Assembly (NCBI RefSeq): GCF_001898145.1
Contig: NZ_MKSR01000023.1
Span: 61,894-125,893, forward strand
Length of the DNA stretch: 64,000 bases
Direction: 5' to 3'
From: Dyadobacter sp. 50-39
Lineage (GTDB): Bacteria > Bacteroidota > Bacteroidia > Cytophagales > Spirosomataceae
The notes beneath the pieces were generated by a model that worked only from the letters and a program-made list of their open reading frames with translations, did no database searches and had not been told where the DNA came from. The translations under genes and the position numbers were made by a program. This document shows, one piece after another, positions 10,523-21,200 of the stretch; the first letter of the stretch is position 1, and each line of letters begins with the position of its first letter.

Positions 10523-11401
10523 ATGATTGAATTGCCAGTAATACCGTCGGAACGCAGAAAACGCCCCGATTGGCTACGGGTTAAACTCCCCGCAGGCCCC
10601 GAGTTCAGGAAAGTAAGACAACTGGTCGATAACTATAAACTCCACACCATTTGCGAAAGCGGCAACTGCCCGAATATGGGAGAATGCTGGGGCGCCGGAA
10701 CGGCCACCTTCATGATCCTCGGTAATGTGTGTACCAGAAGTTGCAGTTTTTGTGCCGTAGCAACCGGCCGCCCCAATGAATATGACACCGACGAGCCGCG
10801 GCGCGTAGCGGAGGCAATCAAGCTGATGCAGGTCAAACATGCTGTGATCACGTCTGTGAACCGCGACGAGCTGAAAGACAAAGGCGCGGAAATCTGGTAT
10901 CAAACCGTTCGTCAGGTAAAGGAAAATACGCCGGAAACGACCATCGAAACGCTGATCCCGGACGTCAAAAGCAACTGGGATGCGCTGATCCACATGATCG
11001 AAGCGGGCCAGGAAGTGGTTTCCCACAATATGGAGACTGTGGAACGGCTGTATCGTGCGGTGCGTCCGCAAGCGAAATACACCCGCAGTCTGGAACAAAT
11101 CAGGCGGACCAAGGAATTCGGGCAGCGTACCAAATCGGGCATCATGCTGGGTCTGGGAGAAACGCAGGACGAAGTATACAAAGCAATGGACGACCTGGCC
11201 GCCAACGGTCTCGACATCCTCACCTTGGGGCAATACCTTCAACCGACCAAAATGCACCACGAGGTGATCGAATGGATCACGCCGGAAATGTTCGATAACT
11301 ACCGGGAAGAAGGCCTCAAACGCGGACTCAAATACGTTGAATCCGGGCCGCTTGTACGTTCGAGCTATCACGCGGAACGCCATGTGAATGTACCGATCTG
11401 A
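10523..11401 (+). CDS. lipA: lipoyl synthase
   Basis: The two Fe-S cysteine clusters are [12 protein letters not shown] and CTRSCSFC, and the length is 292 aa. Confidence 0.95.
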   Translation: MIELPVIPSERRKRPDWLRVKLPAGPEFRKVRQLVDNYKLHTICESGNCPNMGECWGAGTATFMILGNVCTRSCSFCAVATGRPNEYDTDEPRRVAEAIKLMQVKHAVITSVNRDELKDKGAEIWYQTVRQVKENTPETTIETLIPDVKSNWDALIHMIEAGQEVVSHNMETVERLYRAVRPQAKYTRSLEQIRRTKEFGQRTKSGIMLGLGETQDEVYKAMDDLAANGLDILTLGQYLQPTKMHHEVIEWITPEMFDNYREEGLKRGLKYVESGPLVRSSYHAERHVNVPI

Positions 11402-11430
11402 CGATATAAACTGCATTTAAGTTAAGCGGG

Positions 11431-11466
11431 AAAGCCGGCGTGATTCGTTACGCCGGCTTTGTTGTT
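11431..11466 (+). terminator. hairpin terminator after lipA
   Basis: A 10-bp stem pairs aaagccggcg with cgccggcttt around a 10-nt loop. A weak T-rich tail (gttgtt) follows. Confidence 0.6.
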
Positions 11467-11791
11467 ATGATCCGCAAAAACGTTAATGTTCACCGCTCGC
11501 GAGGTAATATTTGATTCAGCGGTAGAAATATGTAGGTTTAGCCCCTTCTTGTACGCGCCAGCAAGCTCGTCGAATTGGTTAAAGGCCTGAACTACACCAT
11601 TTACAGGATCAGACCGGAAAAAGGTTTGAATTTTGATAAAATTGAGGAAATTATTCTTAAACAATACGATTCACAAAGTCAATATCTAAATGATTACTTA
11701 TTTTTGCCTTCAACTAGGAAAATAGAAGAGCTTCTCATGAGGTAATTTTATCACACATTTAAACTTTTCTTTAACTTTTATTTCGTTTCCA

Positions 11792-13072
11792 ATGCCATAC
11801 TTATTCACCTCGGAGTCCGTATCTGAAGGACATCCTGACAAGGTAGCCGATCAAATATCAGATGCACTGATTGACAATTTTTTAGCATGGGATACCAACA
11901 GTAAGGTGGCCTGCGAAACACTGGTTACGACCGGACAGGTAGTTTTGGCCGGCGAGGTAAAAACCAATACTTATCTGGACGTCCAGAAAATCACCCGCGA
12001 AGTGATCAAGAGAATTGGCTACACGAAAAGTGAATACATGTTTGAAGCCAACTCCTGCGGTATCCTTTCGGCCATCCACGACCAAAGCGCCGACATCAAC
12101 CAGGGCGTAGACCGTGCGGCAGCAGCAGAAGATTTCGAATCGAAAGCCAATGCGCAGGGAGCCGGCGACCAGGGGATGATGTTTGGATATGCAACCCGCG
12201 AGACAGCGAACTATATGCCGCTCGCACTCGACCTGGCGCATAAGATTCTTCAGGAGATGTCGTATATCCGTAACAACGAGCCTTCCCTGATCCCATATCT
12301 TCGCCCCGATGCGAAATCACAGGTAACCATCGAATATAGCGACGATAACGTACCGCAGCGTATCGATACCATCGTAGTTTCGACCCAGCACGACGACTTC
12401 GATGGCGAAGAAGCGATGCTCGCGAAAATCAAAAGCGATATCATCAATATTGTAATACCTCGCGTAAAAGAGAAACTGACGCCTGAACTCCAAAAACTGT
12501 TTACAGGCGACATCACGCACCACATCAACCCGACCGGTAAATTTGTAATCGGTGGCCCGCATGGTGACACAGGCCTTACAGGTCGTAAAATCATCGTTGA
12601 CACTTACGGTGGCAAAGGTGCCCACGGCGGTGGTGCATTCTCCGGAAAAGATCCTTCCAAAGTGGACCGTTCTGCGGCATACGCGACACGCCACATTGCT
12701 AAAAACATGGTTGCCTCAGGCCTTTGCGACGAAGTACTCGTACAGGTTTCTTACGCAATCGGTGTGGCTGAGCCTTGCGGTTTGTATGTGAACACCTACG
12801 GAACCTCGAAAGTAGCTGACAACGACGGTGCTATTGCATCGAAAATCGGTGAAATCTTTGATATGCGCCCGTACGCAGTAGAGCAGCGTCTGAAACTGCG
12901 CAACCCGATCTACTCTGAAACGGCTGCATACGGCCACATGGGACGCAAGAACGAGATCGTTAAAAAATCCTTCAAGGGGGCTAATGGCGAAGAAAAAGAA
13001 GTGGAAGTTGAACTCTTCACCTGGGAAAAACTCGACTTCGTAGACGCGATCAAAGCGAAATTCTCTTTGTAA
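11792..13072 (+). CDS. metK: S-adenosylmethionine synthetase
   Basis: The N-terminus [20 protein letters not shown] and the motif [19 protein letters not shown] match MetK, and the length is 426 aa. Confidence 0.95.
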   Translation: MPYLFTSESVSEGHPDKVADQISDALIDNFLAWDTNSKVACETLVTTGQVVLAGEVKTNTYLDVQKITREVIKRIGYTKSEYMFEANSCGILSAIHDQSADINQGVDRAAAAEDFESKANAQGAGDQGMMFGYATRETANYMPLALDLAHKILQEMSYIRNNEPSLIPYLRPDAKSQVTIEYSDDNVPQRIDTIVVSTQHDDFDGEEAMLAKIKSDIINIVIPRVKEKLTPELQKLFTGDITHHINPTGKFVIGGPHGDTGLTGRKIIVDTYGGKGAHGGGAFSGKDPSKVDRSAAYATRHIAKNMVASGLCDEVLVQVSYAIGVAEPCGLYVNTYGTSKVADNDGAIASKIGEIFDMRPYAVEQRLKLRNPIYSETAAYGHMGRKNEIVKKSFKGANGEEKEVEVELFTWEKLDFVDAIKAKFSL

Positions 13073-13087
13073 GAACTACGTCATATA

Positions 13088-13129
13088 ACAAGAAACGAGG
13101 TCGGCAGTATTGCCGACCTCGTTTCTTGT
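13088..13129. terminator. bidirectional hairpin between metK (+) and the PIN gene (-)
   Basis: A perfect 19-bp stem pairs acaagaaacgaggtcggca with tgccgacctcgtttcttgt around a 4-nt loop. Confidence 0.8.
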
Positions 13130-13148
13130 TATCTAAGTAAATATTGCT

Positions 13149-13559
13149 CTATAAACTACTCAGGATTTCGAGAAACGCCTGGGCTTTGATCGCCTTGACC
13201 TTTGGAAATTCGATTGATGCCAGTACATCGAAATGCCTGTCATTGGTCACCAGATAGTCTGCACCAGCACTTACGGCACAATCGACAAATTTGTTATCGT
13301 CCAGGTCCTGATCTATCAATTGCCATAAATAATATGGCACGACCTCATGCACATTAGGCAAATTCAGCAGTTCCCTCAATCTTAAGTCGGTGCGTTCTAC
13401 CCCCAATCGTCGGCCAATTTGCTCTTCATATTCAATCAGCATCTCATTGGTCACAAAAAGATCGTAGTCCTTCCGCATTAATGCCTGAAAGATAGGGTGA
13501 TATTGTGAATGTGAGGGAAGTGATACGAGCAGGACGTTAGTGTCCAGGACAATTTTCAT
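13149..13559 (-). CDS. PIN-domain toxin (type II toxin-antitoxin system)
   Basis: The ORF is 136 aa. It carries MKIVLDTNVLL (first acidic residue), internal E residues and LVTNDRHF. It lies 3 bp downstream of a 71-aa ORF. Confidence 0.8.
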   Translation of the reverse strand: MKIVLDTNVLLVSLPSHSQYHPIFQALMRKDYDLFVTNEMLIEYEEQIGRRLGVERTDLRLRELLNLPNVHEVVPYYLWQLIDQDLDDNKFVDCAVSAGADYLVTNDRHFDVLASIEFPKVKAIKAQAFLEILSSL

Positions 13560-13562
13560 TCA

Positions 13563-13778
13563 TTACTGGCTGGATTCGTTCAACATATTCTCCATATCCT
13601 GTTGAGTCCAGCCATTCTTATTCCACGCAGTGTCGGCAAACGAAGAAAGCCGACCGGCGAAGTATGCGCCGATCAGCTCCTTGATATTCTTCAAATCTTC
13701 CTCGCTTACCTGCCGAGCATATAGTTCGAGCAGTTCCAATTGAAGATTCGTGTATGACGTTTTTTGCGTCGCTTGCAT
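13563..13778 (-). CDS. putative cognate antitoxin (small helical protein)
   Basis: The ORF is 71 aa and sits directly upstream of the PIN gene with a 3-bp gap. I recognised no DNA-binding motif. Confidence 0.55.
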   Translation of the reverse strand: MQATQKTSYTNLQLELLELYARQVSEEDLKNIKELIGAYFAGRLSSFADTAWNKNGWTQQDMENMLNESSQ

Positions 13779-13834
13779 GGTGAATAACTATTTACATAAA
13801 GTTAACAAACTTCACCAGCATAGTCAACCCGCGC

Positions 13835-16800
13835 TCAGAAATGCGCTGGTTCTTCCAGTTCACTATCCCTTGCCACGCGTTCGATCATTTTCATTTTCTC
13901 GAAGTTTTTGGGGCGCGAGAAGAACGTGTAAATGGCCGGGATAACGTAAAGTGTCAGGACAAGCGAGAACAATAACCCGCCCATGATCACGATACCCATG
14001 GACATCCGGCTTTTACCGGCCGATCCTAGTGCCATGGCAATGGGTAGGGCACCGAGGATAGTGGCCAAACTGGTCATGAGAATAGGCCTGAAACGCAACG
14101 TGGCCGCTTCCAATGCAGCTTCCTGAATGCTTCTGCCTTGTTCCCGCAACTGGTTGGCGAATTCGACGATCAGGATACCGTTCTTGGTCACCAGGCCGAT
14201 GAGCATGATCATACCGATCTGGCTGAAAATATTGAGTGTCTGATCGAAAAACCAGAGCGAGAATACCGCTCCGCCGATCGCCAGCGGTACGGTAAACATG
14301 ATAATGAAAGGATCGACAAAACTTTCGAACTGGGCAGCCAGGATGAAGTAAATGAGCACCAATGCAAGGAAGAACGAGAACATCGTATTGGATGAGCTTT
14401 CCGCATAGTCGCGCGAGGAGCCGCTCAATGCAGTCTGGATCGTCTCATCGTTCAACTTATCGCGAATGCGGTCCATGGCGGCGATACCGTCGCCGATCGT
14501 CTTGCCTGGTGCAAGTGCCGCTTGCACAGTTGCGCTCATATAACGGTTATAGTGGAAAAGCTGCGGCGGGCTGCTTTCTTCTTCGGCTTTTACAATGTTA
14601 TCGAGCTGAACGTGGCTGCCTGTACTCGTTTTAACAAACATACTTTTCAAATCCAGCGGTTCGTCGCGGTTGGCGCGGTCGTACTGGCCGATGACCTGAT
14701 ATTGGCGGCCATTCATAGTAAAGTACCCAAACCGCTGCCCGGCGAATGCGAGCTGCATCGTCTGCGCTACATCCTGCACCGAAACGCCCAACGACTTCGC
14801 CTTTTCCCGGTCGATCGTGATCTGGATCTCCGGCTTACTGAATTTCAGGTTGACGTCGGTAATCGCGAAAGTAGGGTCTTCCGACACTTCCTCCATGAAT
14901 TTGGGAAGGTATTCCCTCAATTTCTCGAAATCCGGTGCCTGGATCACATACTGGATCGGCAAGCCGCCCCGCGAATCCACCGAAATCGTCTGCTGTTGTA
15001 CCACAAACGACTTCGCATCAGGCATTTGTTTGAGTTTTTTATTGATATAGTCGGCAATTTCCTGCTGCGACTCTTTTCGCAGTTTCTTGTCTACCAGCGC
15101 AATGCGTCCACTTCCGGTATTGGCCGCACCCAGGCCCGAGTTTCCGGGCGAGGTGATCAGCATCAGGCCCTTTTTCCCCGGCATGGAATCCATCAGCATA
15201 TTACCGACTTCCTGGACATAACGGTCGGTAAACTCGAACGATGAACCCTCGGGGGCCGTCATATTAATCCGGAACCAGTTGCGGTCGTCGAGCGGTGCGA
15301 GCTCCGATTGCAGGTCTTTGCCAAAAAACCAGATCATGCCCATCGTTATGGCCACCAGCGGGATAGCTACCCAGCGCATTTGCAGGAATTTGCCCAATGC
15401 ATTGCCGTAGTCGTTGGTGATCTTTTCAAAAAACGGCTCCGTCTTTTCGTAGAACCAACTTTTCTTATGAGTCTTGCGCACCAGGTAGGCATTCAGCATA
15501 GGCGTCAGCGTCAGCGATACAAATGCGGAGATCAATACAGCGGCGGAAATCACGATACCAAACTCCCGGAACAGTTTTCCTACAAACCCCTCCATAAAAA
15601 TCACCGGCAGGAACACCGAAGCCAGCGTAATGGATGTCGATAAAACCGCGAAAATGATCTCGTTGGAACCCTTGATAGCGGCTTCGATAGGGCTCATACC
15701 CTGCTCGATTTTCTTGAAAATATTCTCCGTAACCACGATACCGTCGTCCACCACAAGCCCGGTCGCCAGCACGATCGCCAGCAGCGTAAGCACGTTTATG
15801 GAGAAACCCATAATGTACATGATGAAGAATGTACCAATGAGCGAAACGGGAATATCAATGAGCGGGCGGAAGGCAATGAGCCAGTCGCGGAAAAAGAGGT
15901 AAATGATGATCACTACGAGCACAATGGCAATCAGCAGCGTTTCCCCTACTTCTTCAATCGAGCGCTCTACGAAAATGGTATTGTCGATCAGCGTGTCGAG
16001 CTTGTAATCTTTGGGAAGCTCCTTTTTGATGGCCTCCATCCGCTTGTTGACTTCCTCGGCGATGTTCAGGTAGTTGGCCCCCGGCATTGGCGATATCGCA
16101 AGGCCGATCATCGGCACGTTGTCCAGGCGCAGGATGGTTTCCTCGTTCTCGGGCCCCAGCGTCGCCAAGCCTATATCTTTCAGGTGGATCGTCTGCGTAG
16201 CCGAGTTCTTGATAATCATTTCATTGAAATCGTCCTCGGTGCGGAACCGCCCGATCGTTTTCACGGTGAGCTCGGTATTGTCGCCGGCCAGTTTTCCGCT
16301 CGGCAATTCCACATTTTCCTTATCGAGCGCCGATTTGACATCCTGCGTCGTGATACCCAATGCGGCCATTTTCACGGGGTCCATCCAGATCCGCATCGCA
16401 TATCTCTTTTGCCCGAAGATGCGGATCTCACTCACACCCTCGATCGTCTGGAGGCGTTGTGCGATCACGTTTTCGGCATAATCGCTCACCTCGAGGTGCG
16501 AGCGGCTGTTACTCGTGAACGTCAGCACGATGATGGGCTCGGAGTTCGCGTCGGCTTTGGCAACAACCGGTGGGCCGTCGATATCGAGCGGCAATGTACG
16601 CGAGGCGGAACCTACTTTATCCCGCACGTCGTTTGCAGCCCGCTCCATGTCCACGCCAATGTCGAATTCCACGGTAATCTGGCTCGTGCCCTGGCTGCTG
16701 GTTGAGCTGATGGATTTGATACCCTCGATGCTGTTTAGCTGCTTTTCGAGCGGCTCGGTAATCTGCGATTCGATAATGTCGGCGTTCGCACCGGTGTAGC

Positions 16801-16948
16801 TGGTACGTATGGACACCACCGGCGGGTCGATCGAGGGGAATTCACGCATCCCCAGGAACTTGTACCCCAGGAACCCGAACAAAATGATCAGCAGGTTCAT
16901 CACAATCGCGAGAACGGGCCTTTTGATGGAGAGGGTTGAGATGCTCAT
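13835..16948 (-). CDS. RND efflux transporter permease (AcrB/HAE1-like)
   Basis: The ORF is 1037 aa with a 12-TM architecture and a typical N-terminus (LSIKRPVLAIVMNLLIILFG). It overlaps the adaptor gene by 4 nt. Confidence 0.95.
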   Translation of the reverse strand: MSISTLSIKRPVLAIVMNLLIILFGFLGYKFLGMREFPSIDPPVVSIRTSYTGANADIIESQITEPLEKQLNSIEGIKSISSTSSQGTSQITVEFDIGVDMERAANDVRDKVGSASRTLPLDIDGPPVVAKADANSEPIIVLTFTSNSRSHLEVSDYAENVIAQRLQTIEGVSEIRIFGQKRYAMRIWMDPVKMAALGITTQDVKSALDKENVELPSGKLAGDNTELTVKTIGRFRTEDDFNEMIIKNSATQTIHLKDIGLATLGPENEETILRLDNVPMIGLAISPMPGANYLNIAEEVNKRMEAIKKELPKDYKLDTLIDNTIFVERSIEEVGETLLIAIVLVVIIIYLFFRDWLIAFRPLIDIPVSLIGTFFIMYIMGFSINVLTLLAIVLATGLVVDDGIVVTENIFKKIEQGMSPIEAAIKGSNEIIFAVLSTSITLASVFLPVIFMEGFVGKLFREFGIVISAAVLISAFVSLTLTPMLNAYLVRKTHKKSWFYEKTEPFFEKITNDYGNALGKFLQMRWVAIPLVAITMGMIWFFGKDLQSELAPLDDRNWFRINMTAPEGSSFEFTDRYVQEVGNMLMDSMPGKKGLMLITSPGNSGLGAANTGSGRIALVDKKLRKESQQEIADYINKKLKQMPDAKSFVVQQQTISVDSRGGLPIQYVIQAPDFEKLREYLPKFMEEVSEDPTFAITDVNLKFSKPEIQITIDREKAKSLGVSVQDVAQTMQLAFAGQRFGYFTMNGRQYQVIGQYDRANRDEPLDLKSMFVKTSTGSHVQLDNIVKAEEESSPPQLFHYNRYMSATVQAALAPGKTIGDGIAAMDRIRDKLNDETIQTALSGSSRDYAESSSNTMFSFFLALVLIYFILAAQFESFVDPFIIMFTVPLAIGGAVFSLWFFDQTLNIFSQIGMIMLIGLVTKNGILIVEFANQLREQGRSIQEAALEAATLRFRPILMTSLATILGALPIAMALGSAGKSRMSMGIVIMGGLLFSLVLTLYVIPAIYTFFSRPKNFEKMKMIERVARDSELEEPAHF

Positions 16949-18018
16949 AGGTTGACCTTCACGGCTGTGTTGGGTTTGATGGCGATAATGCCCGAGGTGA
17001 TCAGCGAATCACCGGGCTGCAACCCGTCTATGATCTGGATCTTTTTGTCGGTACGCAGGCCCGTCGTCACCATGGCTTCCTGTGCTTTGCCGCCTTTTAC
17101 GACAAACACCTTTTTCCCTTTCAAAACCGGTACAATGGCTTCCGTCGGGATCATCATGGCCGACCGGTTGGCATCGAGGTCCGCCAGCACTTTCACGAAC
17201 ATGCCCGGTACAAACCGGCCTTCGGGATTGTTGGCGAGCGCCCGTACCCGCAATGTGCGAAGGCTTTCATCCACTTTCGGGTCGACGGCCAGAATCCTGG
17301 CGCTGTACGTGGACGGGTCGCCGTCGAGGTTGAAATTGACAGTGCTACCTACCCGGATGCTCGGGCTGTATTTCTCAGGAACAGTGAAATCTATTTTAAC
17401 CGGATTGCTCTGAACGATCGTTACGATGGGCGTACCCGGAGCCAGAAATGCACCTTCGCTGATAAACTTCAACCCGATCCGGCCGCTGAAAGGCGCGCGG
17501 ATCTCCGTTTTTTCAAGCTGTGCTTCAATCACTTCTTTCTCCGCTTCCAATACACGTATATTGTTGGAGGTCACATCGTATTCTTCGAGATTGATGGCCT
17601 CCACATTCAGCAACTTCTTCTGTCGTGCCTCTATTTTTTTGCTCAAATCCTGGTTATAAGCCACTTTCTGCAGTTGCGCCTGTAACTCCCGGTCGTTGAT
17701 TTTCGCGATCAGCTGCCCTTTGGCCACATATGAACCTTCCTTGATATCGAGTTTCACCAGCCTGCCTGAAATTTCCGCCATCAGGTTTACCTCCTCATTG
17801 GGCACCACCGTGCCCGAAGCAAAAATCTGGTTTTCAATCGATTCCTTACCTACAATAAACACATTCACCGGCACTGCTCCGCCGGAGGATTTCGCCCCTT
17901 TACCTTCACCCCCTTTTTTCGCATCGGAGCCTTTGCCTTCACCGGATTTGGAGAATATAAACAGCTTTCCCAAAACCAGCGCGACAATGATCCCCGCCAC
18001 CAACATGATCGTACGCAT
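16945..18018 (-). CDS. RND efflux periplasmic adaptor (membrane fusion protein)
   Basis: The ORF is 357 aa with an N-terminal anchor, a coiled-coil hairpin region and the motif RAPFSGRIG. No outer-membrane factor gene is adjacent. Confidence 0.9.
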   Translation of the reverse strand: MRTIMLVAGIIVALVLGKLFIFSKSGEGKGSDAKKGGEGKGAKSSGGAVPVNVFIVGKESIENQIFASGTVVPNEEVNLMAEISGRLVKLDIKEGSYVAKGQLIAKINDRELQAQLQKVAYNQDLSKKIEARQKKLLNVEAINLEEYDVTSNNIRVLEAEKEVIEAQLEKTEIRAPFSGRIGLKFISEGAFLAPGTPIVTIVQSNPVKIDFTVPEKYSPSIRVGSTVNFNLDGDPSTYSARILAVDPKVDESLRTLRVRALANNPEGRFVPGMFVKVLADLDANRSAMMIPTEAIVPVLKGKKVFVVKGGKAQEAMVTTGLRTDKKIQIIDGLQPGDSLITSGIIAIKPNTAVKVNL

Positions 18019-18259
18019 AGAGTTACTCAGAAATAAAATTCGTTCAAGAAGAGTAGTAATTAGTTATATTTTGCCAAAGCATCATTTAAAGATACTTCAT
18101 ATTGCAAAAAGAGGCAATGTAGATGTTTTATACTTCTGCACGGCAACGCTTTCGCACGTTGTTTGCTGAATGACGGTTTCCGGCTGCTCAATGCCTCTTT
18201 TGTCGCCGCGACGTTTTAGTATCTTTATCCTGCTCATCACAAACCAACCCTTTCACACG

Positions 18260-21200
18260 ATGAAAATAGCCTACACCTTCGGTTACTATCTGATCATTAC
18301 CATTATTATATCATTAACTATGCACACTTACGGACAAACACCGGTGAAGTATTATGCCAAAGAATGGAAGGCAGTGGACGAGCTTGTAGGCAAAGGGCTT
18401 GACAAAGATGCCCTCGAACAAATTCGTACTATTTATCAGCTTGCCAAAAAGGAGAAGCAGGAGGCCCAGATAATCAAGGCTGCGGTATATATGGTTTTTG
18501 TACAAAATGAAAACCGAGAAAACAGCATCGAAACTGCAATTGCCGAGCTGGAAAAAGAGTTACTCAACACGAGCGGGCAGGCCAAAGCAATCTACCAGAG
18601 CCTGATCGCCGCACAATATTATGCTTACTATCAGCGTATTCGCTGGCAGCTTTATGACCGAACAGCCACAAACCGTTTTGATAAAAACGACATAGCCACC
18701 TGGGGAAGCGAAGATTTTCACAATAAGATAGGCGGGTTATACCTCGAATCTATCCACGAAGAAGGTTTACTGAAAGAGACCCCGCTCGGGCCATATGACG
18801 CCCTGATCATCAAGGGAAACATGCGCAAGCTTCGCCCTACGCTGTACGATCTGCTCGCATTCAGGGCGTTGAGCTATTTTTCGTCCACGGAATTGAATGT
18901 CAAAAAACCGCAGTATGCCTTCGAAATCGCCGATGCGTCGGCATTTGACCCGGCGGCAGACTTTGTACACAGGAAATTTGAGACCAGAGATTCGGCCTCG
19001 CTGGAACACCAGGCATTACTACTCTACCAGAAACTGATCGCATTTCATCAGCAGGACGCCGAGCCCGACGCTCTCATAGATGCGGATCTGGCACGCCTGC
19101 AATATGTGCGACAAAAATCGGTGCATCCGGACAAGGATTCGCTCTACTATATGTCGGTTAACCATGTGGCTCAACAATATCAATCGACGCCAGCCGCCGC
19201 ACAGGCCTGGTACCTGAAAGCACAATGGCTGAACGACCGAGGCAACCGCTACCGGCCCGGCAAGGATACGACTTGGCGTTACGAGACGGCGAAAGCAGCG
19301 GAAATATGCGAAAAAATTATTTCCGAAAATCCGGAAACAGAAGGCGGGATCAATGCATTCAACCTTCTCCATGCGATCCGCAACTTGCAGCTGACTATGA
19401 CGATGGAACGCGTGAACATTCCCGGCAAGCCATTTCTCGCATTGGTGAACTTCAAAAACATTCCTGTCCTGCATATCAGGCTGATCAAAGCGGATACGGC
19501 CGCTTTAACGGATTTTGAAGGGTACGATTATGAAAACAAATTCAAAAAACTCACTGCCGCCCCTGCCATACGTGCCTGGACGCAGCCGCTCCCCGACACA
19601 CGCGATTTCCAGCAGCACAGCGTAGAAATAAAAATAGACGCACTGCCTATCGGTGATTACATTTTGCTGGCGGGCACGGATGAGGCCTTTCGTGATGGCC
19701 ATACTATCCTAGCCGCGCGCCTTTTCCACGTTTCCAACCTCAGTTTTATCGAGAAGTCGAACCACTATTTTGTGCTCGACCGCGACAGTGGCCGACCGGT
19801 AGCAGGTGCGGCTGTACAGCTATGGCGCCATAACTATAACAACAGCACCCGGAAGTATGAGTACGTCAAACACACATTTCATAAAACCGACGCAAACGGT
19901 CAGTTTATCGTCTCATTCGACCGTAAGCTGGGCGGCAGATATGATGTTATGCCCGAAATCACCCATGGCGACGACCACCTGTTTATCCGGCAGGGTCATC
20001 CGTATTACTACCCTCCGTTCGCAAGCCATGAGGACGATGAAGAAGACAGTATTGACCAAATATTTCTTTTTACCGACCGTGGCATATACCGGCCCGGCCA
20101 AACGGTTTATTACAAGGGAATTGCGCGAAAAGGAAAGGAAATATTCAAAAACCGCAGCTATGAGATAGATGTGGATGCAAGCGACGACCAGGGAAGTGAT
20201 TTTTATACAACAAAGCACAAGGTCAATGAATATGGCAGCTTTTCGGGAAGTTTTACCCTTCCACAAAGTGTTCTTCCCGGTGATTTCATTATCTCTGCGG
20301 AGAATTCGCAGGTTTCATTTAAAGTAGAAGAATACAAAAGACCACGTTTCGAAGTAGCATTCGACACGCTTAAAAACAGCTACAAGGTCGGAGACATCAT
20401 TCGTATTACCGGTTCTGCGGTAGCCTATGCGGGCAATGTTATCAATGAAGCCAATGTACAATACCGGGTAGTACGCCATCCCCGGATCATGTATCCGTGG
20501 CGATGGGGGCGATTTGCGCCCGTCATGCAGTCACAGGAAATCGCGCATGGCGAGACCGTTACCGATGCCGCAGGCAAATTCACATTGGATTTTGAAGCAA
20601 TACCCGACCGGCAAATGAGCCGGGAGCTTGATCCGGTATTCGAGTATACCATTTATGCCGACATTACCGATCTAAACGGCGAAACCCGCAGCAACGAAAT
20701 CATGGTTTCGGCGGGTTATAAATCATTTGTATTAAAATCAGATATTCCCCAAAAAACCTCTGCGGCGGATTTCAAATCATTGTCCATTAAATCCGTAAAC
20801 CTGGCAGAAATGCCCGTGGAGACCGATGCAAGGATCCAGTTTACCCGAATCGTACCCGAAAACCGCCTGATCCGCCCGCGCTACTGGGCACGGCCGGATG
20901 TATTTGTCATGGCCAAAAATGAATTCATTTCCCTCTTTCCGCACGACGAGTATGATGCTGAAACAGAAATGGAGAACTGGTCGGCGACAGGCGGGCCCAT
21001 TTCGGTAACGGCGAAACTGGGCCAGAATACAAATGTCCCAATCGCCGGCCTGCGCCTTTCAGCCGGTTTCTATAAGGTGCAAATTACTGTCAAAAGTGCG
21101 GCCGGAGAGGAAGTATCGGATGTGCGCTACATGGAACTCACCGAGCCGAACAAAGCTGTGCCGCCTTATCCAACTTACCTTTGGGCAGAGGGCACAAGCC

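Noticed and set aside
11402-11791. The 390-bp gene-poor region upstream of metK was checked for a SAM riboswitch, and it holds an 80-aa minus-strand ORF at 11422-11664.
   Set aside because: I could not find the conserved SAM-I core or the SAM-II/V AAAGCU-type pseudoknot elements; the region is AT-rich and weakly structured. The C-terminus of the small ORF is encoded by the lipA terminator hairpin itself, which argues against it being a gene. An Rfam/Infernal scan would settle both points.
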